A stretch of 64,000 nucleotides of DNA from an uncultured Gemmatimonadaceae bacterium (GTDB taxonomy: Bacteria > Gemmatimonadota > Gemmatimonadetes > Gemmatimonadales > Gemmatimonadaceae). Within the stretch, counting starts at the first letter, position 1, and each line of letters begins with the position of its first letter. The notes under the pieces are model-generated. The model had not been told where the DNA came from and searched no databases. It was given only the letters and a program-made list of their open reading frames with translations. The stretch is from positions 128,001 to 192,000 of the forward strand of contig CAWFQK010000004.1 in NCBI GenBank assembly GCA_963817955.1. Direction: 5' to 3'. Shown here one piece after another: positions 51,921 through 60,201 of the stretch. Both the position numbers and the translations under genes were made by a program.

Positions 51921-52172
51921 ATGCCTGGTCGCCTTCCTGATGTGAACGCCGCTGATCGCCGTGCCGCGCTCGACGCCTTCTGGGCCGAACGCCGTGCGCT
52001 GGCGCGGGCTGCCAGGTCCGGACTGGACTTCGCCGGCGCAATCCGCCCACCGCGGGCGGCGGCAGAGCGGCAGTGGCTCAAAGAACAGGCGCAGATGGGT
52101 GGGCCGTCGGCAGAGCGGGAGGACGCTTCCACGCTCGAATCCCCCCAGGGTCGGCGGCGGCGGCAGGGCTAG
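51921..52172 (+). CDS. Small hypothetical protein, possible partner of the nucleotidyltransferase
   Basis: 83-aa ORF between the NTase gene and a terminator. Confidence 0.4.
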   Translation: MPGRLPDVNAADRRAALDAFWAERRALARAARSGLDFAGAIRPPRAAAERQWLKEQAQMGGPSAEREDASTLESPQGRRRRQG

Positions 52173-52191
52173 TAGCCTCGGTGGCCGGTGT

Positions 52192-52241
52192 GAAGAAATC
52201 GAGAGGCCCCGACCCACCGGCCGGGGCCTCTCTATTTCTTC
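52192..52241. terminator. Bidirectional terminator-like hairpin
   Basis: GAAGAAATcGAGAGGCCCCG-10 nt-CGGGGCCTCTCtATTTCTTC. Confidence 0.75.
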
Positions 52242-52519
52242 GTCTACCGCTCAGGCACCGCAGCCAGAACTACGAGAGAGCGTGCCCGGTCCGCCGACCC
52301 TCAGCGCCCAAACGACTTCCGCGAGCCGGCGGCATGCCTGTGCGACAACTCGGGCTCTCCGCTGAGGGCGCTCCGAGATGCCGATCCCCTTCGCCTGACA
52401 ACGGCCGTGCGCGGCACGGACCTCAGCGGCCTGCGCCCAGCGGCCGGCGTGGCTGACAGCATGCAGCCACGCAGAACCACAGCCGGCCGACGTCGAACCC
52501 GTCCAACGGCCGCACCGGG

Positions 52520-52783
52520 CACCGCGGGGCCGAAGGCGTCGAGGAGCCCAAGGTCACGTGGTTCAAGGAATCGGGGGACATCGAGGCGGAAATGGACGTG
52601 GGGATCATCCTCACGGGCGAGCGCCTCGTGGGGTGCGTGGCGCCGCGCACGGCGTGGCTCGTGAAGCAGCGCCGGGGCATCGCCAACGTCTCGGCCACGT
52701 ACATGTTCGATCAGGCCACCTGCGTGTTCGACCCGGACGCCCCGGCGAGCGGGCCCGCGGCCGGGTCGTTGTTCGCCCCATGA
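52520..52783 (+). pseudogene. DnaB-like replicative helicase C-terminal remnant
   Basis: HRGAEGVEEPKVTWFKESGDIEAEMDVGIIL...KQRRG parallels DnaB NR..E...P....RESG.IEQDAD...K.R.G; in-frame stop upstream at 52454. Confidence 0.7.
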
Positions 52784-52853
52784 CCACCCCCATGACCACC
52801 CCTCCCCCATGACCACCCCCATGACCACCCCCATGACCACCCTCATGACCACC
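52780..52853 (+). repeat. 12-bp tandem repeat, six copies
   Basis: ATGACCACCCCC units at 52780, 52792, 52809, 52821, 52833, 52845. Confidence 0.9.
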
Positions 52854-52899
52854 GGGCGGCCCGCGCCCGCGCCCGCGCAGGCCCCGGGGCACGCCCCCA

Positions 52900-53107
52900 T
52901 CCTGGTGACGTATGACCTGGGGGCGCGCACCCGCAAGGCGGTGACGTTGCCGCCGGCAAACCGGATCGCGCGCGCTTCGAGCGGCAAGCGGGGATCAGTG
53001 ATTACGAGCGTCGCGAACACATCGGCGCTCTCGATTCCGTCGTACTCCTCCAGCACCGTGTCAATGATTTGCACGGCGTGATTGTTGATGCGGATGGTCT
53101 GTGCCAT
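52900..53107 (-). CDS. Probable gene start (MAQTIRINN...); 3' end disrupted or uncertain
   Basis: GGAGAA RBS before ATG at 53107; frame then runs into the tandem repeat and antisense to the DnaB relic. Confidence 0.4.
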
Positions 53108-53599
53108 AGTCGTTCTCCGGTGTGGTGGTGGTGGTGTGATTGGTCGGTGGTCCTGGCTGCTACAGCTCCCGTAGTGATGTCGGCGCGAGCTGGCGGAGTG
53201 CTTCGTGTCCGTGCGCCCATGAACCTCTCGCAGAGCGTAGTCGCAGGGGGCTGAGCCGGTGGCGGCCGCGCGCTTCGCGATCGTCACCGCAGATGCCCAA
53301 TTCCGGCTCTGCGGCGATGAGGCGACGCGCCGTGAACGGATCGGCACCGCGCGCGTCACCGTTCAAAACGGGTTTTCGTTGTCGGTCGAGCGGGTCGCGG
53401 CAGAAAACGCCGAGCGACTGCGCGCACGGCGTCCGCGATTCTTGGCGTTGGCCGGGCACGTCCGAAGAACGCGATTGGCCGGCTGGCTGGCGAGCGGATC
53501 GAGCTGGTCAAAACAGGTCGTGCACATGGGGACATCCGGGAGGAGTGCGGAGCACTGTGCTTCTGCCGGGCACGCTGTCGGGCGCGCGCGAGCGAGACG

Positions 53600-53815
53600 G
53601 TGTGCGAGGCGTGCGGCGCGCCGGGCCGGGACTGGGGCCGGGAGGACTATGACGCGGCGTGCGCGGCCGGTGCGAGCCCGCCGCGGTGGGAGATCACCCT
53701 GTGTTCGGGCTGCGGCTGGCGATTGTTCTACGAAGGCGCGCGGGGGCGGCCGGCGATTCGAGGCGATGTCACGCTGGACGGTTGCGACGGCGACGGCGAC
53801 CTGGACGACCTTTGA
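53600..53815 (+). CDS. Small putative zinc-binding protein
   Basis: CEAC...CSGC; stop overlaps the next start (TTGA). Confidence 0.45.
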   Translation: MCEACGAPGRDWGREDYDAACAAGASPPRWEITLCSGCGWRLFYEGARGRPAIRGDVTLDGCDGDGDLDDL

Positions 53816-54051
53816 GCGAGGGATCCCCAACAGGCCCGGAGCTCGCGGCTGTTGTCCGCCGGGCCCTCCTCGCGAACTGGCGCCTCTACCTCGGCCACGG
53901 ACCTGAAACGGCCCCAGCCCGGGGGCGTCTCGAAGTGGTTCTGCTGAGCATCGCTCGGCTGCGCTGGCTCGAGTCAATCTTCGATGCGGCCGGGGCGGAC
54001 CCGGAGCACGTCGAGTTCGCGCTGGACTTGGGGCTACTCGAGCGGCGGTAG
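53812..54051 (+). CDS. Small hypothetical protein
   Basis: TTG start overlapping the previous stop; helical composition. Confidence 0.4.
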   Translation: MSEGSPTGPELAAVVRRALLANWRLYLGHGPETAPARGRLEVVLLSIARLRWLESIFDAAGADPEHVEFALDLGLLERR

Positions 54052-54333
54052 GCCGTGCTTCGCGCGCAACGCGGCCGCCGGCGCGGTCGGCGCGGTCGGC
54101 GATGCTTTGCCCAGCGCCTCGAGCAGAGCGTGCCGGTCGCTCGCGTCCTCAAGCAGGGGCTGGAACTCCGGCGGGACGTCGAGCTGATCCAATACCTCGA
54201 GTCGCAGCCGGACGATGGCCGCGAGTCGCGGCACGTCCGCCCCGTTGGCCCGGGCCTCCAACTCTGCGAGCTCCGCGGGCGTGGGGAGCGGCACCTCATG
54301 CCGCTGGTCGGGGCGGTCGGGTTCCTTTGGCAT
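54034..54333 (-). CDS. Small hypothetical protein
   Basis: 99-aa helical ORF from ATG 54333. Confidence 0.5.
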   Translation of the reverse strand: MPKEPDRPDQRHEVPLPTPAELAELEARANGADVPRLAAIVRLRLEVLDQLDVPPEFQPLLEDASDRHALLEALGKASPTAPTAPAAALRAKHGLPPLE

Positions 54334-54589
54334 GCCGGAATTCAGGGGATCCGTCGTCCGGATACGCGTACGCTCACACGGGCGAGAGGTCCAAGGACGC
54401 GAAGCGCCGTTGGAATCAGCTGGGACCCGAGCGCAGACAGGGGTGGGAAGGTGCGGCCTGCTGGGCGCGCAACTTGGCAAAACGGCATGCCCGATCCCGA
54501 TGCCGTCAATTGATCGTTGACCTCTGGCGGCATGACAATTTCACCTGTCACTTTCATAGAGGGAAAGGGCATGTGTGGCGAAGTGGCAG

Positions 54590-54609
54590 TGGTGGTAAGA
54601 ATGGTGGTA
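54590..54609 (+). repeat. Putative integrase arm-type doublet (right)
   Basis: TGGTGGTAAGAATGGTGGTA, identical to 39641-39660. Confidence 0.8.
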
Positions 54610-54715
54610 ATTCGATGTGCCGACATGTGCCGTCATTCGGCGTCATTGCATTGGTGAACGCCCGGTCGCACCTGGGGAAACGCCGCCATCGGGCGCCATT
54701 AACTGCCCACTGAAT

Positions 54716-54775
54716 GGGACTTAAAATCCCTTTCCCGCAAGGGAGTCCGGGTTCGAGTCCCGGTCCTGGCATTCG
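54716..54775 (+). repeat. attR core: displaced 3' part of tRNA-Leu
   Basis: Exact copy of 39510-39569, lacking the 5' acceptor strand and D-arm. Confidence 0.97.
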
Positions 54776-54802
54776 GTTGGCGCGCCACAGTTTAGTGTTC
54801 AA

Positions 54803-54840
54803 TAACAACGGGCCCTCGTCTTGCGAGGGCCCGTCTGTTG
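54803..54840 (+). terminator. Probable original tRNA terminator
   Basis: ACGGGCCCTCG-tcttg-CGAGGGCCCGT then CTGTTG. Confidence 0.7.
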
Positions 54841-54885
54841 TTCGTGGCAAGAAGAACCATAGTGGTGCATCACGGCTCCGACCCC

Positions 54886-56187
54886 ATGGACCAGTCACAC
54901 GGCGTGCCTCGCCCTCGCGTGATCATCATCGGCTCCGGATTCGCTGGGCTCGCAGCGGCGCGCGTGCTCGGCCGTACGGAAGTGGACGTCACGCTGCTCG
55001 ATCGCACGAATCACCACCTCTTCCAGCCGCTGCTCTATCAAGTGGCCACGGCCACGCTGTCCGCGCCGGACATCACGGCACCGATCCGCTGGCTGGTACG
55101 CAAACGGCGGAACATGGAAGTGTTGATGGCCGAGGTCGTGTCGATCGATCCCGGGCGACGCGTCGTTCGTCTCGACGACTCGACCGAGCTCGCGTACGAT
55201 TACCTGCTCGTCGCGGCCGGCGCGCACCACTCGTACTTCGGCCATGATGAATGGGAGCGTTACGCGCCCGGTCTCAAGAGCATTGACGATGCGCTGGAGA
55301 TCCGACGTCGCTTCCTGCTCGCGTTCGAGATGGCCGAGCGCGCCGAGAGTGACGCGGAGCGCTCGGCTTGGCTTACATTCGTCATCGTCGGGGCCGGACC
55401 AACGGGTGTCGAGCTGGCGGGAATGCTTCCCACCGTCGCACGCTTCTCGCTCCGCGCCGATTTCCGGCGCATCGACACGGCCGCCGCGCGAGTGTTCCTG
55501 CTCGAGGGCGGCTCTCGTGTATTACCGAGCTTTCCCGAGGATCTTGCCGCGAGCGCGGCGGCTGATCTGCGCGCACTCGGCGTTCAGCTGCGGACGAACT
55601 CGGTGGTGACCGGCGTCGACGAAGGAGGTGTGTGGGTAGGCGACGAACGGATTGTCGCGCGTACGGTGTTCTGGGCCGCCGGTAATGCCGCGTCGCCGTT
55701 AGGCCGCATGCTCGGTGCGCCCGTGGATCGGGCTGGCCGCGTGATAGTCGACGCGGACCTCAGCATATCAGGCCACCCGGAAGTCTTCGTTGCTGGCGAT
55801 CTGGCCGCGATGGCGACCGATGGCAAGGCCGTGCCCGGCGTTGCTCCGGCTGCCATGCAGAGTGGCGCGGTGGCCGCGCGCAACATCCTGCGCCGCGTGC
55901 GAGGTGACGACCCACAGACCTTCCGCTACCGCAACAAGGGCGATCTCGCGACCATCGGTCGTTGGAAAGCGATCGCTGCGTTCGGCAACGTACACGTGCG
56001 CGGCCTGGCCGCGTGGGTGCTCTGGCTGTTCGTCCACATCATGTATCTGGCGGGCTTTCGGAACCGCGTCAGTGTGCTCGTCGAGTGGGCCTGGGCGTTC
56101 TTCACGTACGAGCGTGGCGCACGGCTGATCGAGCGCCCGGTGGGCGCACCGGCGCGGCTCGGCAGAGCGGTCAACGACATCCGGTGA
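54886..56187 (+). CDS. ndh: Type II NADH dehydrogenase family FAD oxidoreductase
   Basis: GSGFAG, FQPLLYQVAT, GAGPTGVELAG, WAAG, KGDLATIGR. Confidence 0.9.
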   Translation: MDQSHGVPRPRVIIIGSGFAGLAAARVLGRTEVDVTLLDRTNHHLFQPLLYQVATATLSAPDITAPIRWLVRKRRNMEVLMAEVVSIDPGRRVVRLDDSTELAYDYLLVAAGAHHSYFGHDEWERYAPGLKSIDDALEIRRRFLLAFEMAERAESDAERSAWLTFVIVGAGPTGVELAGMLPTVARFSLRADFRRIDTAAARVFLLEGGSRVLPSFPEDLAASAAADLRALGVQLRTNSVVTGVDEGGVWVGDERIVARTVFWAAGNAASPLGRMLGAPVDRAGRVIVDADLSISGHPEVFVAGDLAAMATDGKAVPGVAPAAMQSGAVAARNILRRVRGDDPQTFRYRNKGDLATIGRWKAIAAFGNVHVRGLAAWVLWLFVHIMYLAGFRNRVSVLVEWAWAFFTYERGARLIERPVGAPARLGRAVNDIR

Positions 56188-56297
56188 GTGGCCGTTGGGA
56201 ACGCGCTATGCTGGTATCCCTGCTCGAGTCAGGCGCATGTCGCGGGCCGGGTGTCGATCATTCACCGGCCGAGAACGCCGCAACACAGGGATAGACA

Positions 56298-56735
56298 ATG
56301 GATCAGTCCGAGACCACTCCATCCGCGGGCGTTGATGCACGGCACAGTCCCTTCTACGAGTGGATGGACAACTCGAGCATTCGAGATCTCGTGCGTCGCG
56401 GCATCGAGCTCTCTGTCGGTGAACGGCTCATGGTCATCAAGGGCCTGATGCCCGGGCTGGTCGAGGCCATGGGACTCGCAAAGTTCGACGCGTTCCTGGA
56501 AGAGGTTGGCGTCAAGGCACACCGGTTCCAGGAAGCCATCGATCATCCCGGAGAAGGTCGCGCATCCAGAGCCACTCCTGGCGAGGAGATCGGTGGACCG
56601 ACGCCCGATGGTCACGACCATATGCCGACCCCGCGAGACGCCAACCATCGCGGTGCGCGCGAGGCCGAGCGGACCCTCGAGCGGGAGCTGTGGACGCGAA
56701 CACAGGATGGGCCGCGCGCGGACGAAGGGATCTGA
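56298..56735 (+). CDS. Hypothetical protein
   Basis: 145-aa ORF with AGGGA RBS, co-oriented between ndh and tkt. Confidence 0.7.
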   Translation: MDQSETTPSAGVDARHSPFYEWMDNSSIRDLVRRGIELSVGERLMVIKGLMPGLVEAMGLAKFDAFLEEVGVKAHRFQEAIDHPGEGRASRATPGEEIGGPTPDGHDHMPTPRDANHRGAREAERTLERELWTRTQDGPRADEGI

Positions 56736-56753
56736 CAAACGACGAGGCCGCTC

Positions 56754-58679
56754 ATGGGCATGATCACCACTGGCAACACCAACGCTCCGCGCACGCACCA
56801 ACGCTCCTCGGCAACGCTCCACGCGATCGCCACGCAACTCCGCATCGACTGCGTGCAGGCGACGACCGCGGCCGGGAGCGGGCACCCCACGAGCTGCGCA
56901 TCAGCAGCAGAGATCATGGCGGTGCTGTTCTTCGACGTGATGCGCTACGACGTGCAGGTGCCGCGCGCGCCATACAACGACGTCTTCGTTCTCTCCAAAG
57001 GCCATGCGGCGCCGATTCTCTATGCAGCATGGGCCGAGGCGGGCGCGTTTCCGCGTGAGCATTTGCTCACGTTGCGGCAACTCGGCTCGGACCTCGAAGG
57101 CCACCCGACTCCGCGCGTGCCATTCGTCGATGTGGCCACGGGCTCGCTCGGGCAAGGCCTCTCGGCGGGCATCGGGCTCGCACTCGACGCGCGACTGCTC
57201 GGTGTCGGGCGCCGCACATACGTGCTGTTGGGCGATGGCGAGAGCGCCGAGGGCTCGGTATGGGAAGCAGCTGAACTTGGCGCGCGCTATCAACTCGGCA
57301 GCCTGTGCGCCACGATCGACATCAATCGGCTGGGGCAGAGCCAGCCGACGATGCTCCAGTACGACACGGATGCGTACAAGGCTCGTTGGGAATCGTTTGG
57401 TTGGCAGGCCATCGTGGTGGATGGCCACGACATCGACGCGTTGCGCGCTGCATATCGGTTGGCGGCGGACGTGAACGACCGGCCGACGATCGTGCTCGCC
57501 CATACGGTGAAGGGAAAGGGCCTGCCGGCTATCGAGGGCAAGGAAGGATGGCACGGCAAGGCGCTCTCAGCCGATGATGCGAAGCGCGCGGTGTCGGCAC
57601 TCGAGCAGGAGCTACACGGACAACGCGGGCCGTGGCCGCCGCGGCCGCCGCGGCCGCCGCGGCCGCCCGTTGGCGATACTGGCGACGCGCAGCCGGATGG
57701 CGCAACACGCCGGAGCGGTGCGACACCGAAACCTCCATATGTCGTGGGCGGAAAGCCATTCGCGCCGCGCAAGGCGTTTGGCGCAGCGCTCGCCGCGATT
57801 GGTCGCGACTGGCCCGCCGTCGTCGCGATCGATGGGGACGTAGAGAACTCGACGTTCACCGAAGATTTCCAGGCCGTCGCGCCGGAACGCTTCTTCGAAG
57901 GGTTCATCGCCGAGCAGAACATGGTGGGCATGGCAATGGGCCTGGCCGCGCGAGACCGGGTTCCATTCGTGTCGACGTTCGGCGCGTTCTTCGCCCGCGC
58001 GTTCGATTTCGCGCGCATGGCTTGCGTGGGCGGTACCGCGATCAAGCTGGCGGGCACGCACGTCGGCGTCTCGATCGGCGAGGACGGGCCGTCGCAGATG
58101 GGCCTGGAGGACCTCGCGATGATGTGCGCCGAACCGAACATGACCGTACTGTATCCGGCGGACGCGACCAGCGCGTGGCGCGCGACGGAACTCGTGGCCT
58201 CGCATCCTGGTCCGTGCTATCTACGGTTGGGACGGCCGGATGCGCCGATCATCTACGGCCCAGACGAACAGTTCAAGGTCGGCCAATGCAAGGTGCTGCG
58301 ACAGGGGGAACACGATCGCGCACTCGTAGTGGCGGGCGGCGTGACGGTGGCCGAAGCGTTGTCGGCGCACGACGAGCTCGCGAAGGCGGGTATCCCTACG
58401 CGGGTGATCGACCTGTTCAGCGTCCAACCCATAGACCGTGACGGGCTCATTACGGCGGCGCGTGCCTGTGGCGGCGTCGTCATCACGGTGGAGGATCACT
58501 ATGCTCACGGCGGCATGGGCGACGCGGTGCTAGCGGCGCTCGCCGAAGATCGATGCGCCGTACACAAGCTTGCCGTGCGCGAGATACCGCATAGTGGCAA
58601 GCCGAAAGAACTGCTCGCTCACTATGGCATCTCGGCAAGTCACATCGTTGCGGCAGTGAGAGCGGCGGTGCTCACGTGA
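56754..58679 (+). CDS. tkt: Transketolase (single chain)
   Basis: SGHPTS, LSKGHA, LEGHP, TGSLGQG, GDGE, IAEQNM, EDGPSQ. Confidence 0.94.
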   Translation: MGMITTGNTNAPRTHQRSSATLHAIATQLRIDCVQATTAAGSGHPTSCASAAEIMAVLFFDVMRYDVQVPRAPYNDVFVLSKGHAAPILYAAWAEAGAFPREHLLTLRQLGSDLEGHPTPRVPFVDVATGSLGQGLSAGIGLALDARLLGVGRRTYVLLGDGESAEGSVWEAAELGARYQLGSLCATIDINRLGQSQPTMLQYDTDAYKARWESFGWQAIVVDGHDIDALRAAYRLAADVNDRPTIVLAHTVKGKGLPAIEGKEGWHGKALSADDAKRAVSALEQELHGQRGPWPPRPPRPPRPPVGDTGDAQPDGATRRSGATPKPPYVVGGKPFAPRKAFGAALAAIGRDWPAVVAIDGDVENSTFTEDFQAVAPERFFEGFIAEQNMVGMAMGLAARDRVPFVSTFGAFFARAFDFARMACVGGTAIKLAGTHVGVSIGEDGPSQMGLEDLAMMCAEPNMTVLYPADATSAWRATELVASHPGPCYLRLGRPDAPIIYGPDEQFKVGQCKVLRQGEHDRALVVAGGVTVAEALSAHDELAKAGIPTRVIDLFSVQPIDRDGLITAARACGGVVITVEDHYAHGGMGDAVLAALAEDRCAVHKLAVREIPHSGKPKELLAHYGISASHIVAAVRAAVLT

Positions 58680-58707
58680 TCTGTCATGTGAGCACCGCCG
58701 CGTAGAC

Positions 58708-59016
58708 TCACGATTTGGCGGAAGGTCGTCGTTCTGCCCGCCCCATCAGTGTGGCGAGTTCGTCGTCGGACAAGAGCATCCAACCGTTGGGGATCGGTGC
58801 GAGTCGCGCCCGTGCATGCCGGCCCTGAAACGCCAGCCAACCCTCGCGAAGCTCAGCTGGGATGGCCAGGTGAAACTGGCCTTGCTGCCGCCGCTCCTCC
58901 GTATCCCGCGACTCCGAACGACGCTCGACCTCAAGCCGCCGCTCGACCGCGGAGGGATGAACCTCCCAGGCCTCCCACGCGCTCCCTTCCGAATCCGTGA
59001 ACCGCCGGTACGACAT
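58708..59016 (-). CDS. Hypothetical protein (FTD...W..W / GWL.F / PIP..W family)
   Basis: Trp-rich pattern I associate with Gemmatimonadota hypothetical proteins. Confidence 0.7.
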   Translation of the reverse strand: MSYRRFTDSEGSAWEAWEVHPSAVERRLEVERRSESRDTEERRQQGQFHLAIPAELREGWLAFQGRHARARLAPIPNGWMLLSDDELATLMGRAERRPSAKS

Positions 59017-59115
59017 TTCGCCTACGCCCATATTGACTGTTACCGACTATGGAAGGGCAAAACGTGCGCCGAAACTCGCGGTCCCCTGATTGGCAGAGGC
59101 AGGTCCGCCGTTTCA

Positions 59116-59664
59116 TCAGGCTGGTGCGGCGGCGGCCGATCGACTGATTCGCCGCGTAGCCGTTCGCCCAACACGGCGAGCGTACACGTCGGCCGGATCC
59201 TCAGCGGGCTTGGCAAATTTTCCGTCGCCGTCCACTTGCACCCAGTTCTGCTCGTAGGCGTACAGTTCGTGCGCGACGCCGAACCGAACCGCCGCGCGCT
59301 TGAACGCGTCGGTGGCGGCCTGCTTGTAGTCCCGGCCGGTGCCGACGTCCTCGCGGATCACTCCGAGAATCTGCAGCCTGGCCTTGAACGAGCAGGCTGC
59401 CTCGCCGGTCTCGTCGGACGCCAGCGACGGCAACAGCTCGAGCGTGAGATCCCATTCTCCAGGGACCACGCCGTCCAGTCGCTCGCGAACCGTGTTCGCG
59501 TCCACGTAGGCAACGAACCGCGCAAAGAACTTTCCGTCGCGCTGAATCGGCCGGCCATCCTGCCGCCAGGAAATCACGCCTGCCGGCAGCGGAGCCGACA
59601 GTTGCGCCCAGATGTCCTTCGCGTCTGCGGCCTTTTCTACCATCGCGTCATGTCGTGCGATCAT
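59116..59664 (-). CDS. Rad52/Rad22-family (DdrA-like) single-strand annealing protein
   Basis: L-AP...YVDANTVRERLD...RLQILGVIREDVG...YKQAATDAFKRAAVRFGV. Confidence 0.88.
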   Translation of the reverse strand: MIARHDAMVEKAADAKDIWAQLSAPLPAGVISWRQDGRPIQRDGKFFARFVAYVDANTVRERLDGVVPGEWDLTLELLPSLASDETGEAACSFKARLQILGVIREDVGTGRDYKQAATDAFKRAAVRFGVAHELYAYEQNWVQVDGDGKFAKPAEDPADVYARRVGRTATRRISRSAAAAPA

Positions 59665-60059
59665 ACTCTCATCCTCGCGTTGTGATTCGGTCCATGTTGT
59701 CGTGCGCCAACACCGGATTTCCGTGCATGCGGCACTGCGGGGCAGTTCCGTCCATGCACGCAGTACCAGCCGTGCCGGTCGAAGAACACCAAGTGCGAGA
59801 GCGCCGGCCCCGACGGCGGCTGCTCGTCGATTCGATACAGCCGCTGCACGGATGTGCCCGGTCCACACTTTTTGATCGGATCGAGTTCCCGAATGCGAAA
59901 CGTGGACTTGGGAGCGGCAGGCTTCTTTGCCGCTGCCGGCCTTCTCGCCTTCTCGGCTTTCTTTCCCTTCTCGGCCTTCTTTCCCCGAACAGCCTTCACC
60001 CCCCGAACCCGCTTCAGCGGTTTGGTGCGCCGAACCCGCTTCTTGTTGACTCTGCTCAC
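59661..60059 (-). CDS. Basic Lys-rich protein with C-terminal Cys/His cluster
   Basis: GGAGAGG RBS; KKAEK repeats; C...WYCVHGRNC; stop overlaps the Rad52-like start. Confidence 0.72.
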   Translation of the reverse strand: MSRVNKKRVRRTKPLKRVRGVKAVRGKKAEKGKKAEKARRPAAAKKPAAPKSTFRIRELDPIKKCGPGTSVQRLYRIDEQPPSGPALSHLVFFDRHGWYCVHGRNCPAVPHARKSGVGARQHGPNHNARMRV

Positions 60060-60119
60060 TTCCTCTCCGTATTTCAGTCGCGAATCCAGCGAAGATTCGG
60101 GGTATGTTCGGTGACGTGA

Positions 60120-60148
60120 AGTTTAATATTTGGTACTCCGACGGTCAA
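60120..60148 (-). promoter_or_regulatory. Sigma70-type promoter of the Rad52-like unit
   Basis: Minus strand TTGACC-17 bp-TAAACT. Confidence 0.65.
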
Positions 60149-60201
60149 TGGAAGGGGGGTGAAACTGTGATGCACGCAGAGGATCGGCTAACTTTGCCGA
60201 C

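Larger units (their letters stand above)
39570..54775. mobile_element. ~15.2-kb genomic island in tRNA-Leu(TAA); decayed phage/satellite-like, no integrase recognised
   Basis: Exact 60-bp flanking repeat, arm-like doublets, IS remnants, DnaB and RusA relics, iteron cluster, loss of dense housekeeping coding. Confidence 0.92.

Noticed and set aside
52899..52919. ILVTYDL resembles the Cas2 N-terminus
   Set aside because: Seven residues only; no further Cas2 pattern, no cas genes and no repeat-spacer array in the window
49983..53828. GGGATCCCTCGC(CTG) at 49983, 50146 and inverted at 53816
   Set aside because: Short, GC-rich and irregularly spaced; cannot be separated from chance without statistics
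53880..53905. YLGH as a tyrosine-integrase motif
   Set aside because: No preceding H-x-x-R, no downstream catalytic Tyr, and the ORF is far too short
54716..54771. Second tRNA-Leu gene
   Set aside because: Lacks the 5' acceptor strand and D-arm; it is the attR duplication
57634..57667. GGCCGCCGC x3 repeat in transketolase
   Set aside because: In-frame Pro/Arg expansion in the interdomain linker; no frameshift potential
60102..60120. TATGT-N6-ACGTG as a Deinococcus RDRM motif upstream of the DdrA-like unit
   Set aside because: Spacer one base too long and flanks mismatch; no DdrO/IrrE evidence in the window
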